From Deltaproteobacteria bacterium (GTDB lineage Bacteria; Desulfobacterota; Syntrophia; Syntrophales; Smithellaceae), in assembly GCA_022710585.1 (NCBI GenBank), contig JAKLGV010000005.1, positions 4,053 to 68,052 of the forward strand: a stretch of 64,000 nt of DNA, given 5' to 3'. The position numbers were made by a program, and so were the translations under genes. Positions 28,363-37,027 of this stretch are shown here, piece after piece. Position 1 is the stretch's first letter. The number at the start of each line of letters is the position of its first letter. The notes under the pieces were generated by a model that was not told where the DNA came from, searched no databases, and saw nothing but the letters and a program-made list of their open reading frames with translations.

Positions 28363-29211
28363 CTAAAGACTTTTTAATTCAACGCGTCCGAGCGTTCTGC
28401 CCAGAAACCGCTCGCCGATCGTCTGAAAACGATAGGGCAAATCGCTGACGTAAAAGGTGTAATCTGCCGGTTTGCCGTCTATATTTCCTATTTTCTTCTG
28501 ATCAATCAAGTCGGCGGCGATATCCGCCATCGCTTCCGCCGAATCGATCAGCTTTACGGAAGAGCCCATAATTTCCTGCAGCAGCGGCTTTAACAGCGGA
28601 TAATGTGTGCAGCCCAGAACCAGCGTGTCCACTTGTTCGGCGATCACCGGCTTTAAATATTCCTGAGCGATGAGTCTGGTTGCCGGATGATCAAACCAGC
28701 CTTCTTCCACCAGAGGCACGAACAAAGGACAGGCCTGTGAAAAAACCCTTGCGTCTCTGTCCAAAAGATGGATCGCGCGCGCGTAAGCGTTGCTGTTGAT
28801 GGTGGCCGGTGTGCCGATGACCCCGATCGATTTTGTTTTAGAATTCTGGACGGCCATCCGGGCGCTCGCGTCAATGACCTCGAGCACTGGCACAGATTCA
28901 ACGATGGTTTGAGAAGCAATGGCGGCAACCGGCACATGGGAAAGATCGACAATTGTCTGGTGAGCGACCGCCGCCATGGTGTTGCAGGCGACAACCAGCA
29001 TTTTTACGTCCTGCTTAATCAGAAAATCCGTGATTTGTGCCGCGTAGCGATTGATCGTTTCCACCGATTTGATGCCGTACGGCACCCGTGCGGTATCTCC
29101 GAAATAAATGATATTTTCAAACGGCAGGCGCTCCATCAAAGCGCGAACGACCGTCAGGCCGCCGATGCCGGAATCGAAAACGCCTATAGCGCGATGGGTT
29201 TGTGTGTTCAC
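28363..29211 (-). CDS. murI: Glutamate racemase
   Basis: GVFDSGIGGLTV, ACNT and GCTHYP catalytic Cys contexts. Confidence 0.9.
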   Translation of the reverse strand: MNTQTHRAIGVFDSGIGGLTVVRALMERLPFENIIYFGDTARVPYGIKSVETINRYAAQITDFLIKQDVKMLVVACNTMAAVAHQTIVDLSHVPVAAIASQTIVESVPVLEVIDASARMAVQNSKTKSIGVIGTPATINSNAYARAIHLLDRDARVFSQACPLFVPLVEEGWFDHPATRLIAQEYLKPVIAEQVDTLVLGCTHYPLLKPLLQEIMGSSVKLIDSAEAMADIAADLIDQKKIGNIDGKPADYTFYVSDLPYRFQTIGERFLGRTLGRVELKSL

Positions 29212-29332
29212 GGTCTATAATCTTCTTTTCCAGTTAAAAAGTTATGTTCCCAAAGTCAATTTCGGTGCAATGCTTATCACAACTAATCGGAACATGACAA
29301 GATTTCTTATTACGTATACGGAATGATTGAAA

Positions 29333-29932
29333 TCAATAAAATTTAATCAGGGCAGGAATGATTTTCAGTTCGTGGAGTTCCTTAATAACGACCAGCGCTC
29401 CCAACAGCCATATAAACAAAAGCGTATCAAACATATGCTGCCTGAATATTTTTGGTTTCACGATATATTCTTCAGGCTCTATCAGAAGGGCTGTATTGGG
29501 GAAAAATACGGGCACGCTTTTGAGATAATTTTCAAATTCACTTTTATGCTTTACGATCAGTTCCGCCTCCTCACTTTTGATGACGAAAGGGTAATACCCC
29601 GCGAAAGCTATTAAGATCAGAAGCGGTATGAAAAGCGTTTCTGTGGCAAACCCCACGCCCAGAGCTCCAACCAGGCTGAAAAAATACAGAGGATTTCTGC
29701 ACATAGAATAGGGACCCTGTGTGACCAGATGACCTTTTTTGTATCCGGCAATATAAACCGAGCACCACAGCCTTCCCATGGAAGCGATTCCAACCAGAAT
29801 CGCGCCCAGAAAAAACAGCAGCGATGTGACAAATGGCGCCTTATCTTCCCAGAGGCTTCTGGCAAAAAAAACCAGCCCCAGTAAAAAAAAGACAAATATT
29901 TTGGAAATAATGAGTCGTAATCTTTCAATCAT
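29333..29932 (-). CDS. Membrane methyltransferase, ICMT/PEMT family
   Basis: 4-5 TM segments and the LVTQGPYSMCRNPLYF signature. Confidence 0.65.
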   Translation of the reverse strand: MIERLRLIISKIFVFFLLGLVFFARSLWEDKAPFVTSLLFFLGAILVGIASMGRLWCSVYIAGYKKGHLVTQGPYSMCRNPLYFFSLVGALGVGFATETLFIPLLILIAFAGYYPFVIKSEEAELIVKHKSEFENYLKSVPVFFPNTALLIEPEEYIVKPKIFRQHMFDTLLFIWLLGALVVIKELHELKIIPALIKFY

Positions 29933-29962
29933 TTGTCAATGTTAAAAAATGCCGCTAAATCT

Positions 29963-31228
29963 TTAAACTTTGAATTTTTTCAATCCCTTGAAATCCAGCG
30001 TCGCGAAGTAGTCCTTGACGGTTTCGGCGCGGCGGATCTGCGCCACGTCGCCGTTTTCTCTCAAAAGCAGCTCCGCCGATCGAAGTTTTCCGTTATAGTT
30101 GAAACCCATGGCAAAGCCATGCGCGCCGGCGTCGTGAATCACTATGATATCGCCACTTTCCAGTTTGGGCAGTTTGCGGTCAATGGCGAATTTGTCGTTG
30201 TTCTCACAGAGCGATCCGGTGACGTCATAAACGACATTGTGTGGTTTGTTCTCCTTGCCCATCACCGTAATGTGATGGTAGGCGCCGTAAAGGGCCGGTC
30301 GCATCAGGTTCGCCATACAGGCATCCAGGCCGGCGAACTTTTTATAGGTATCTTTGATATGCAGAACGCGGGCTACCAGATAGCCGTAAGGGCCGGTGAT
30401 GTAGCGGCCGCATTCCGTAAAAAGCTTCAACGGCGCCAGACCATTGGCGACAATGATGTCGTTGTATTTTTTCCTGATGCCCTGGCTCATGATTTTCAGG
30501 TTAATTCGTTTTTGATCCGGTCGGTACGGAATGCCCACCCCGCCGCCGATATTGACGAATTCAAATCTGATTTTCAGCTTTTGTGAAATTTCCACGATCA
30601 GATTGAAGAGAATTTCAGCGGTTTCAACAAAATAGTAGGGATCAAGTTCGTTGGAAGCAACCATCGTGTGAATACCGAAACGCTTAACGCCTTTTTCTTT
30701 GCAGATTTTATAGCCTTCAAAAAGCTGTTCGCGGGTGAAACCGTATTTGGCTTCCTCGGGATGGCCGATAATATGATTTCCTTTTTTCAATCTACCCGGA
30801 TTGTAGCGAAAGCAAATCATCGAAGGCAGTCCGGCGTATTTTTCAAGATATGCGATGTGGCTGATATCGTCAAGATTAATGATGGCTCTTAATTTTTTGG
30901 CCAGCAGAAAGTCTTCTACGGGGGTGTCATTGGAAGAAAACATGATGTCTTCACCGGTAATGCCGGTTTTTTGCGCCATCATCAGCTCGGCAAGCGAACT
31001 GCAATCAGCGCCAAAGCGTTCCCTGCGCAGGATTTTCATCAGATAGGGATTGGGCGCCGCCTTGACGGCGAAAAATTCCTTGAAACCTTCATTCCAGCTA
31101 AAGACATCTCTGAAATCGCGGGCGTTTTCGAGGATGGCCTTTTCGTCATAAATATGAAAAGGCGTCGGATGCTTTTCTATTATCTTTTCGATTTGATTTT
31201 TTGTAAAAGGCAGCGGCTTTCCCGGCAT
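29963..31228 (-). CDS. PLP-dependent Orn/DAP/Arg decarboxylase family, probably diaminopimelate decarboxylase
   Basis: TPFHIYDE start, FAVKAAPNP PLP-lysine context, GGGVGIPY, C-terminal beta-barrel. Confidence 0.7.
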   Translation of the reverse strand: MPGKPLPFTKNQIEKIIEKHPTPFHIYDEKAILENARDFRDVFSWNEGFKEFFAVKAAPNPYLMKILRRERFGADCSSLAELMMAQKTGITGEDIMFSSNDTPVEDFLLAKKLRAIINLDDISHIAYLEKYAGLPSMICFRYNPGRLKKGNHIIGHPEEAKYGFTREQLFEGYKICKEKGVKRFGIHTMVASNELDPYYFVETAEILFNLIVEISQKLKIRFEFVNIGGGVGIPYRPDQKRINLKIMSQGIRKKYNDIIVANGLAPLKLFTECGRYITGPYGYLVARVLHIKDTYKKFAGLDACMANLMRPALYGAYHHITVMGKENKPHNVVYDVTGSLCENNDKFAIDRKLPKLESGDIIVIHDAGAHGFAMGFNYNGKLRSAELLLRENGDVAQIRRAETVKDYFATLDFKGLKKFKV

Positions 31229-31320
31229 TCCAATCTCCTCAATGCTAGCGTAATGTCATGTGGAAAAAGATTTACGGCAAAACTTGAAATTTATCAATAT
31301 TATTTTCCTAAGAATGGCTT

Positions 31321-32319
31321 TTATATGAAAGAATGAATTAAAAAATAGGTTGCTGAGGAAATACATGCAGAAATAGGTATGGTTAAAATCCATGCCCAGA
31401 TAATGTTGCCGGCAACTCCCCAACGCACGGCGGAGAGTCTTTTGGTTGCACCAACGCCGACGATAGCCCCGGTGATCGTATGGGTTGTGCTGACGGGTAT
31501 CCCAAATACGGATGCTCCGATGATGGCGCAAGCAGCGCCGGCTTCGGCACTAAAGCCGCCAATCGGTTGGAGTTTGGTAATTTTCGTTCCCATCGTCTTA
31601 ACAATGCGCCAGCCACCGAACATGGTTCCCAATGCGATGACCGTGTAACACATAATAATAATCCAATAAGGAATGTTGAAGCTGGAATCAATTAATCCCT
31701 TGCTGTAAAGCACAACTGCTATGATTCCGATCGTTTTCTGCGCGTCATTCATGCCGTGGCCCAGTGAATAGATCGCCGAAGAGATAAACTGTAATTTTCG
31801 ATAAAGTTTGTCGGAACGGGCCATGTTGGAGCGGCGGTTTAAATTGAGAGAAAGCGCCATAAAAAAGAATCCTAAAAACATACCGATAGCCGGCGAAAGA
31901 ACAATGAAGGCGGTCGTCTTGATAATTCCCGACCAGACAAGCGTGCCGGTGCCTGCCTTGGCAATACCCGCGCCGATCAGGCCTCCGATCAGGGCATGCG
32001 ATGAACTGCTGGGCAATCCGAAATACCATGTGATGAGATTCCAGATAATTGCACCGCTGAGAGCGGAAAAAATAACTAAATTATCAACAATTTCAATATG
32101 AATGATGCCTCTGCCGACCGTGTGCGCTACGGCTGTACCGATAAAAAAGGCGGCGATAAAATTAAAAAACGCCGCCCAGAGAACCGCATATTGAGGGGAT
32201 AAAACACGAGTGGAAACAATCGTGGAAATGGAATTCGAAGAGTCATGAAAACCATTTATAAAATCAAAAACAAGCGCAATAACAACAAGAAAAATGACAA
32301 ACGCCATTGAATCAAGCAT
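31321..32319 (-). CDS. Inorganic phosphate transporter, PiT family
   Basis: GFHDSSNSI and GMNDAQK signature repeats. Confidence 0.9.
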   Translation of the reverse strand: MLDSMAFVIFLVVIALVFDFINGFHDSSNSISTIVSTRVLSPQYAVLWAAFFNFIAAFFIGTAVAHTVGRGIIHIEIVDNLVIFSALSGAIIWNLITWYFGLPSSSSHALIGGLIGAGIAKAGTGTLVWSGIIKTTAFIVLSPAIGMFLGFFFMALSLNLNRRSNMARSDKLYRKLQFISSAIYSLGHGMNDAQKTIGIIAVVLYSKGLIDSSFNIPYWIIIMCYTVIALGTMFGGWRIVKTMGTKITKLQPIGGFSAEAGAACAIIGASVFGIPVSTTHTITGAIVGVGATKRLSAVRWGVAGNIIWAWILTIPISACISSATYFLIHSFI

Positions 32320-32932
32320 GTTTCAGGACGATCCCCTCCACGATGTTCGACACATCTTCGCAAACATCAATTGCTTCTTCCAGAAGCTGAAAAATATCTT
32401 TCCATTTCACAAGCTCGATGGCGTCTTTCTCGGTTTCGAAAAGATTGGCCATAATGGATCTTAACGTGATATCACCGGCATTTTCCAGCGTGTTAATTTC
32501 TACGCAGCCGGCCAGAATCATTTCGGAGTTTTTCATATTCCGCATGGCCTGAATAATGGTTTTCAATTTCTTGATGGCGTCATTCAGAATTTGCGCCTGT
32601 TTGATGATTTCATCAGAGGTTCTTTTCACCTTATATAAATGGATGCGGACGGCCGTGGCTTCAATCACATCCATGATGCTGTCCATTTTATTGACCAGTG
32701 CGTAGATGTCTTCACGATCAATGGGCGTGAGAAAAGTTTTGTGCATTTTTTCGTATGTCTTATGGGTAATGCCGTCGGCCTCGTGCTCAATTTCTTTGAG
32801 TTTGGCGACTCTTACGTCGGAATAATCCCGGGCTTGAGCCATGTCCAGAAAAAGCTTGCCGCCTTCCTCTATTTTATTGGCAAGCTCATCAAAAAGTTCG
32901 AAAAAATTTTCTTCTTTAGGGAACAGACGCAT
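32312..32932 (-). CDS. DUF47 / PhoU-like phosphate transport regulator
   Basis: 206-aa helical protein overlapping the PiT start by 8 nt. This is the typical PiT partner. Confidence 0.85.
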   Translation of the reverse strand: MRLFPKEENFFELFDELANKIEEGGKLFLDMAQARDYSDVRVAKLKEIEHEADGITHKTYEKMHKTFLTPIDREDIYALVNKMDSIMDVIEATAVRIHLYKVKRTSDEIIKQAQILNDAIKKLKTIIQAMRNMKNSEMILAGCVEINTLENAGDITLRSIMANLFETEKDAIELVKWKDIFQLLEEAIDVCEDVSNIVEGIVLKHA

Positions 32933-33018
32933 GAGATAAACCTCCTTGCGTTCCTTGGTTAATTAATGTTGTCAAAACCGTCATCAAAATGCTGGCAGTG
33001 CTCTAGCGAATTATTGGC

Positions 33019-33368
33019 GAAAATGCAAGGATTAAAACCGCAAAAAATGGGCAAAAATGGATTAAAACCTGTTATTTAAGCACTTTAGAGTAGATAATTT
33101 TTCCATCATTATCGGCATAAAAATTCTTTAAAAAAGCTTCCTTCTGAAAACCGCATGACTCATAGAATTTATGGGTGGGTTCGTATTGTTCCCGGGAGGA
33201 TGTTTCCGCATAGACCTGTTTGCCGCCACTTTGCAAAATAATCTTTTCTGTTTCGGCCATCAGCCGTTTGCCCAGACCTTGTCCCTGAAGGTCGTTAGAA
33301 ACAACAATCCAGTAGATGTCATAGCTGGAAACCGTGGCGGGAACAAGGCCGTAGCACGTGTATCCGAT
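33019..33368. repeat. Left copy of the 350-bp direct repeat
   Basis: Aligns to 39721-40070 at a constant offset of 6702 nt with about 8 mismatches. Confidence 0.9.
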
Positions 33369-33374
33369 AACCAC
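33072..33374 (-). pseudogene. 3' fragment (last 99 codons) of a GNAT acetyltransferase gene, duplicate of 39774-40259
   Basis: 99 of 100 residues align to the C-terminal 99 residues of the intact copy. The N-terminal 62 codons are missing. The apparent start is a fortuitous GTG at the repeat boundary. Confidence 0.85.
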
Positions 33375-33788
33375 CTGACTTTGACAGTTTCACAACCGGG
33401 ATGTGTAAGTAGGTGTAAAGGGGTGGGTTGATTTTGGGGTCGTTTTGTAGTGCCCTGCGTTTTTTTACATCCCCATAATCATTGTGTTTTTTGTCGGAAA
33501 CTGTCGAAGTCAGGAACAATTATACCTTGACACGCAACTTCTTTTTTATTAATAAAAACGCCAGCATTCACCAATAACAACATTTTTATTGAGTCATTTA
33601 ATAATAAAATGTTGTTAAGTTTTACAGATGTCCCCCATAAAATTTGTTTTTTGATGTTTAAAGGCAGTACAAGCTTTTATTACATGGTGCAGTGTAATGA
33701 GAAAATGACTGAGTAGTATTTACGCCGTTGAAACGGCTGGTTTCAAAGTAGTCTCACTGTATTTTAAAAAACTTTTGGAGGTATTTAT

Positions 33789-36383
33789 ATGCCTGGACGT
33801 TTCCTGATGTTCTTTTCGAGAAAACTTCTTCCTGTATTTTTATTCATCTTCATTATTCTTGGCGTGTTGATTTTTAATTCCATTGTGTATTCCGCCGATA
33901 AGCAAACCGTTATTTCCATCGAAGACAGTCCGGCCATGGTGTCTGTAAATCATGTAACCAACAGAGCGGTCATAACCCATGGGCATTCCAATACCGACTT
34001 AATTTCCATCGTTGATCTCAATACGGAAAAAGTCATCAGTGAAATACCGGTGGCGAAATTACCGTCAGGCGTGGCCATTGATACGACTGAAAATGTCGCC
34101 GTTATTACTCATGAGAATGAACGCCTGCTGACGTTTATTGATTTGAATGCAAACCATATTATTGCTGCTCTGGATATCGATACAAAACCCAAAAACATTG
34201 CCGTCAATTCTAAAACTCATATTGCGGCAGTTACCAGCGCTATCGACACAGACGTGTTCTTTATCGATATAAGCACGCGAACAGTTGTGGCCCAAACAGA
34301 TGTCGGAATAAAATCCGGCGACGTGGCAGTTGATCCTGAACGCAACATAGCTTTCGTTCTCAATAAAAACAAAAGCTACATCAATATAATTGATATGAGC
34401 AATTATACCCTTAGCGATTCCATAGCGTTGGATAAAAAACCACAGGCCATTGATATCAATCCGGAAACCAATACCGCCGTAACAACCAATTATCATGATG
34501 GCAGCATTACGATTGTAGATTTGTCAACAAAAAGACTTGTTACAAAAGCACTGGGTGCATTTCCACTGGATGTGGTGATTAATACCATTGACGACCGCGC
34601 GGCTATATTATGTGACAAAAATAAAACACTTCTCCTTTTGGATCTCAAAACAAATGAAATTATCAGAACCTATTCATTACCGCGCCATCCTAGAAGTGTA
34701 GCTGTAAACAGCATTCGCAATACAGCCATAATTGCTGACGACGAAACAGACAGCTTAACGATTATTTCCTTACCCCTTTCTCCAACTCTCCCGAAGGTTC
34801 AAATATTTTCACCGGTTGATAATGCTCAAATTTATTCCAAGGCAGTCCCTGTTTCCGGCACTGTGGAAAACAGCACAGACGTGATGGTTAATGATCTTAG
34901 CGCTTCCGTTAATGGCGGCACGTTTCTCGCAGATTTAATTCTAGGCTCAGGACAAAACACTATTGCCGCAATCGCGACTGATAAATACGGGCGCACCGCC
35001 TGTCATGATATTTTAGTTGATATACTTGTCGGGAAAATAACCGGAACCGTGACTAATGCCTTCACCGGCTGGTTGCTGCCTTCTTCCATTGTATCAATAA
35101 CGGATTCCAAGGGATATAACCAGACCATCAATACAAATGCCGATGGCTCATTTAATGCCGAACTTGCTGCCGGTCCTTTTTCCGGCGCGGTTGAAAAACC
35201 CTGGTATTTACCATATGCATTTAACGGGTCAGTCATCGTGGGAGGAACATCGACATTAGATATCTCCCTCACACCCGTACCACCATTAATAGGAAATATT
35301 CGTGTAACCGATATTACCGAAAGTTCCGCAAAAATAAATTGGACAACGGATCAAATCACCGGCGGCAGTGTGGAATACGGTAAAACAACTGCTTATGGAG
35401 GAATTGCTCCCGATTCTATTGAAAACACTTTTCACAGTATTGCTCTAAGCAATTTATCGCCGGCAACAACATATCATTTTCGTGTAAATGCTATTTCAGC
35501 AAATGGTTCTTCTGCTGTATCCAATGATGTTACTTTTAAAACGAAGGGAAATATTGAAATTACCATCAACGCACCGGCAGACGGCATCACGATAAATAAC
35601 AATAGCGTAATCGTGACAGGTTCAATAACTAACCCCGCTAATGTGGAAACCGGTATCACAGTAAATGGCATGCCTGTATCACTTAACAACAATCAATTTG
35701 CCGTCAACAATGTGCCACTTAATGCGGGACAAACTACCATAACCGTTACGGCAACAGATGTAAACGGAACTACCGTGTCCAAATCCATTTCCGTAAATGC
35801 AACCATTCCGGAAAAATTCATCGCGCTTAGCGCTTACCCGGAATCGGGAGTAGCGCCACTGGAAGTATCTTTAAAGATCAATGGCTCTTTCAGTATTATT
35901 AATCCTATTATTACAACTGCTGGACCTGGTGCAGTCGAACAACTCGCCTGTGACAATCCTGATGAATTCAAATACAAGCTGACATCGGAAGGGATTTATT
36001 ATTTTACCGCACAAGTAACCTGCCCGGACGGAAACCTTTATCAGGATACAAAGGCCGTCACTGTACTTCCCCTGGCACAAATTGATGCATTGCTGAGGGC
36101 AAAATGGGAAGCATTTTCCAGTGCCCTTGCCAATAAGGATATCTCGACAGCACTAACTATGATGCATCCTGTAAGCTCAGTACGTTATCAAACAATGTTT
36201 AATCTCTTGAAAGATCAATTGCCGGCTATTGTAGCTACTCATGCCAACCTAACCTTAGTATCCATAATTAATGAGGAAAGGGCGTGGTATGATTTGAGAG
36301 CATCAGAAAGCGAAGGACAATTTACCTATAGAGTTGTTTTTGTAAAAGACACAAATGGCTTATGGCGTATTCTGGAATTCTAA
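33789..36383 (+). CDS. Exported multidomain protein: YVTN-type beta-propeller, Ig-like, CarboxypepD_reg-like, FN3, Ig-like/PKD-like, and a C-terminal NTF2/SnoaL-like domain
   Basis: GGAGG RBS and a signal anchor. Repeated ..N.A.V(T/L)..........I(V/I)D(L/M)(S/N)T... blades. INWTTDQ...VEYGKTTAYG...TYHFRV FN3-like segment. C-terminal LRAKWEAF...WRILEF. Confidence 0.7.
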   Translation: MPGRFLMFFSRKLLPVFLFIFIILGVLIFNSIVYSADKQTVISIEDSPAMVSVNHVTNRAVITHGHSNTDLISIVDLNTEKVISEIPVAKLPSGVAIDTTENVAVITHENERLLTFIDLNANHIIAALDIDTKPKNIAVNSKTHIAAVTSAIDTDVFFIDISTRTVVAQTDVGIKSGDVAVDPERNIAFVLNKNKSYINIIDMSNYTLSDSIALDKKPQAIDINPETNTAVTTNYHDGSITIVDLSTKRLVTKALGAFPLDVVINTIDDRAAILCDKNKTLLLLDLKTNEIIRTYSLPRHPRSVAVNSIRNTAIIADDETDSLTIISLPLSPTLPKVQIFSPVDNAQIYSKAVPVSGTVENSTDVMVNDLSASVNGGTFLADLILGSGQNTIAAIATDKYGRTACHDILVDILVGKITGTVTNAFTGWLLPSSIVSITDSKGYNQTINTNADGSFNAELAAGPFSGAVEKPWYLPYAFNGSVIVGGTSTLDISLTPVPPLIGNIRVTDITESSAKINWTTDQITGGSVEYGKTTAYGGIAPDSIENTFHSIALSNLSPATTYHFRVNAISANGSSAVSNDVTFKTKGNIEITINAPADGITINNNSVIVTGSITNPANVETGITVNGMPVSLNNNQFAVNNVPLNAGQTTITVTATDVNGTTVSKSISVNATIPEKFIALSAYPESGVAPLEVSLKINGSFSIINPIITTAGPGAVEQLACDNPDEFKYKLTSEGIYYFTAQVTCPDGNLYQDTKAVTVLPLAQIDALLRAKWEAFSSALANKDISTALTMMHPVSSVRYQTMFNLLKDQLPAIVATHANLTLVSIINEERAWYDLRASESEGQFTYRVVFVKDTNGLWRILEF

Positions 36384-36403
36384 TGAAGGAGAGATGAAAA
36401 AAT

Positions 36404-37027
36404 ATGAAAAAAATTATTACGTTATTAATACTTATCATTCTTACAATTTCTTTACCTGCCGCATATGCCGGATCGATTTTTTATAACAAGCCTGAATTCA
36501 AAGGCAGGATTATTGACGCGGAAACAAAAGAGCCGATCGAAGGGGCTGTGGCTGTGGTTTTGTATGACAAGTGGGCGATGATAGGTGGTCCGGGCGGACC
36601 AAGTTCTTATACCTTTCATGCCAAGGAAACGCTGACGAATAATGAAGGAGAATTTTCACTTCCATCGTATTCTTCATTAACCTTATCCAGTATGGATGCC
36701 GGTGTTAGATTCATATTTTACAAACCAGGATTTATGGCAGGCTATGGTCCAGCAAATATAAGTCCGCTTTTGGAAGAGGCATATTTTTCCACCGGCAATG
36801 TTGGTGAGGAAATGGAGATAGCAGCAAAAACCTTCGACAAACGCAGTTATATTAAATGGAAAGGACCTGTGGGAATTGTGGAATTGAAGAAAGCAAGGAC
36901 TAGGGAAGAAAGATTACGATCAATGCCATCGCCACCAACTGATTTCACATCAAATGAACTTCCAATATTTATAAAAATTATAAATGATGAAGGCCATAAT
37001 CTTGGATTGAAGGGGGAATATAAATGA
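36404..37027 (+). CDS. Exported protein with a carboxypeptidase-regulatory-like (transthyretin-fold) domain
   Basis: Signal peptide ...PAAYA|GS and a GRIIDAETKEPIEGAVAVV motif. Confidence 0.6.
   Translation: MKKIITLLILIILTISLPAAYAGSIFYNKPEFKGRIIDAETKEPIEGAVAVVLYDKWAMIGGPGGPSSYTFHAKETLTNNEGEFSLPSYSSLTLSSMDAGVRFIFYKPGFMAGYGPANISPLLEEAYFSTGNVGEEMEIAAKTFDKRSYIKWKGPVGIVELKKARTREERLRSMPSPPTDFTSNELPIFIKIINDEGHNLGLKGEYK

Noticed and set aside
33072-33374. 100-aa ORF annotated by the track, which could be called a small functional GNAT
   Set aside because: It is a 3' duplicate fragment of the 39774-40259 gene. It lacks the N-terminal 62 codons, and its start is a GTG created at the repeat junction, with no RBS.
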